Source: Polymyxa betae A26-41 (Eukaryota > Protista > Endomyxa: Phytomyxea). From it: DNA of 64,000 nucleotides. The notes under the pieces are model-generated. The model saw nothing but the letters and a program-made list of their open reading frames with translations. It did not search any database and had not been told where the DNA came from. Made by a program: the position numbers and the translations under genes. Of the stretch, positions 61,545 through 64,000 are shown in pieces. The stretch's first letter is position 1; each line of letters opens with the position of its first letter. The DNA is taken from assembly GCA_003693705.1 (NCBI GenBank), contig RBZT01000705.1, forward strand, positions 62,001 to 126,000. The letters are read 5' to 3'.

Positions 61545-61964
61545 CTGCCTCTATCTGGCAGATCGCATATGGCCCAGAAACTCGAGAAGAACCAAAGTAG
61601 ATGCAATAGGCACAGCCACGTAGCGTTAGTAGATAGTGATTAGTATGTGCTTACTTGTATGGTAAAGCGCACATTTCTCAGTCTTCACCGATTTACTGAA
61701 TTTCGGTTGGGATTCTTTCGTCAGCGCGTCCATCCGAATTCCCAACCGAACCTGGAAATCGCTCGATCGGCAGGAGCGCGTCGGCAAGGATTACATGCTT
61801 GTCTGAGGTGTCATTATCGTCAGGTCATTCCAGGATGTCAGTTCAAATTGTAAGCGATATTTCCTCCAACTGCGCGATCTGGTTTCCGAAGTTTTTCCCA
61901 GGACGAAGACACTGAAATTCGCCAGGCTGAGGGACACAATGTCCAATTGAATTCAGGCACTACT

Positions 61965-63600
61965 ATGGTAGGATTATGGTTTTCGCTTGAGCAGCACTCA
62001 TGCAAATTACACCATTAGCTCCAGAAAAAAGTGGCGGATTTACTTGAACGAGATTATACTTCAGAAGCTGTTTTGATATCTTTAACTCAATTATCAACAT
62101 TTTTCGATGAAAGCTCTATGCAAAACCGACATAACCTGGCAAGAATTATCGAGAAAAGAGGTATGTCCTACCTATTCATATTATACAGCAGTTGTTTGAA
62201 GAATAATCAGGAATGGAACAGAATTTACGCTTTATTGATTCGTTATCTGACGTCATCGAAGTAAGATTGCAGAGCTCTGCATTCAAATTTGGTCTTAGTT
62301 CTTCAGCGATTTGAAAAAATGAAATCTTGCATCGACGACCTGCATGATTCTTGCAAAACGCTGTACACTGATTCCCAAGCAGTAGCGTCAAAAGGCCAGA
62401 AATTCAGTGAGAGAATAAGTTCGCTGCAAGAGATGAAGGAGCGTTCCAGGAAAATGGAATTTGCTGCAAGAGATTTTCTTTCTCAATATCAGCTTACTGC
62501 TGAACAAGAGCAAGCGTTGGAGCAGCAGGAAGTTTGCCAGGAATTCTTTACCGCTCTGGATCATCTCTATGTTGGTTATAGTGGGCTCTGCGTATTTCAG
62601 GTGTTTACTTAATTCAGGTGATTCAAGATCGCATCAAAGTGTTACTCTCGCAGGACAGCCATAGAGCTGGTGTTGAGTTAATGGATTCAGTGGCAGTGAA
62701 ACTTGAGACTGCTCTTGATTTTCTGTGTCGATCTACTAGCTTAAATTGTCGTCAAGTTCTGGGACTAAATCCCGATATCCCTAATCTTCTCAAGGAATCC
62801 TTCCATGTCTTGCGTCAGCGCCCAGCTTATTTTTCCTATTGTACGCAGGAGTTGATTGCCATTCGTATGCTTTTTCTGCTCTCAACGAAGCTTGGAAAAT
62901 GACCTAGTCTATAGGAAAGCAGTCTCTGCTTCAGGCTTTCATTGATGCGCTGACTAAAGGTGGGCGTAACGGTATGCCCAGGCCAATTGAAATTCATGCC
63001 CATAATCGGCTAAGATTTAGCAGGTAAAGCAATGTGAGTTTAAAAAGCATACCCTCAGTTGAATTCCTTTAGCGATATGTTGGCTTGGGTTCATCAAGCG
63101 ATAGCGTCCGAGCGAGAACTAGCTTTTAATTTATTCTCTAAGAGCGAGCAACCAGATTTGTATAGGTTAGGGTCTGTGAAGTTATTTCCGAAAACTAATC
63201 AATGTTGCAGACGTCCGTTGCAGGAACAGGAATTGGATCCAAATGGGGAAATATCGAGGCATGTTAAAGATGTTTTTGAGAGTCTGGTAGAACCTCTTTC
63301 TAGTCGCATCATGCAGGTCTGTATTTACAAGATGATCTTGTAGTAAATCCGCTGACATTTTTTAACAAGGCCGTTGAGTCTGCGAACGATGCGAAAGTGG
63401 TCTTTCAGATATCGTCTTTGATCACATTCTATAGAGACACATTTCAAAACCTCGCTCCAGGGATTGGCATCATTTCTGCTCTCAACAATATCGAAACCAC
63501 ATCGAAACTCACCGGTGCGAACATTTTACCGACAAATTTCGTATTCTAAATCTTAGTTGCAGACATCCTTGGCGATAGCGCCTTATCCGAATCGCGATAG
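61965..63600 (+). CDS. COG6: COG6 (conserved oligomeric Golgi subunit 6); 3' end uncertain
   Basis: LSTFF..NRHNLARIIEKR; FIDALTKGGRNGMPRPIEIHAH...DMLAWVHQAIASERE. Confidence 0.88.
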
Positions 63601-63772
63601 CACCACGCCAGCGTTTTATCGAAGAGGACAATAAAAATGTCAAATGTAAGGTCCCATAATGGATGTAAGAGTTTTCTCTTGCGCAGTATATATACCGATG
63701 ACTACTTGAATCAAATCGGTTCTCAAGGCCTGAGAAGCTTGTGTTATGCGCAGTCATACGGGGACCATTTGG

Positions 63773-63960
63773 TCAGTCCATCAAATTAGCGCGTGGGAAG
63801 GTCGGAGGTGCCGCGCGCCCTCGAGGGAAATCCGCCACATGGCGGTGCGGTTGGGGACCAGAAACCGGTACTGGGCTTGGCTGTTTCCGATGAACGTTCT
63901 GCGTGATCTGGATATAACTGCCTTGTCTGGATGAAATCTCAATGGGCACGTAAACAACTC
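63773..63960 (-). CDS. possible last exon of a gene entering from the right edge
   Basis: Acceptor-like tcttag near 63960 followed by a Pro-rich open frame; correct frame unclear. Confidence 0.25.
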
Positions 63961-64000
63961 TAAGATCAATATGCAAGGAGGAAGTTTGCTTTCTCTACTC

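Overview
Gene-dense eukaryotic DNA with many short introns (about 46-55 nt). CEP350-like and EF-hand/WD40 genes suggest a flagellated protist; a plasmodiophorid-like organism is my inference, not proven. Recognisable genes: MscS-like channel, RanBP9/10-like, an HNH effector-like gene, SMARCAL1-like helicase, MFS transporter, CEP350-like, Rab1, ATG2, an ARM/TPR protein, CMC2, EF-hand/WD40, a 2xRRM protein, SMG9, kinesin-3, HELQ-like, BET1, a BEACH protein and COG6. The standout is a capsid-less CRESS-DNA Rep element at about 33.9-36.2 kb (HUH endonuclease plus SF3 helicase). The Rep body lies between two 198-bp inverted repeats (34515-34712 and 35714-35911, one mismatch) that are copies of the gene's own 5' end. 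One side has a TAGTATTAG stem-loop origin and further hairpins; the other has a telo-box/TATA site and a divergent partner ORF. This could be an invertible cassette, a hairpin-RNA-producing endogenous viral element, or a new rolling-circle element; an assembly artefact must be excluded. All calls come from reading motifs by eye, and exon boundaries are approximate unless stated.
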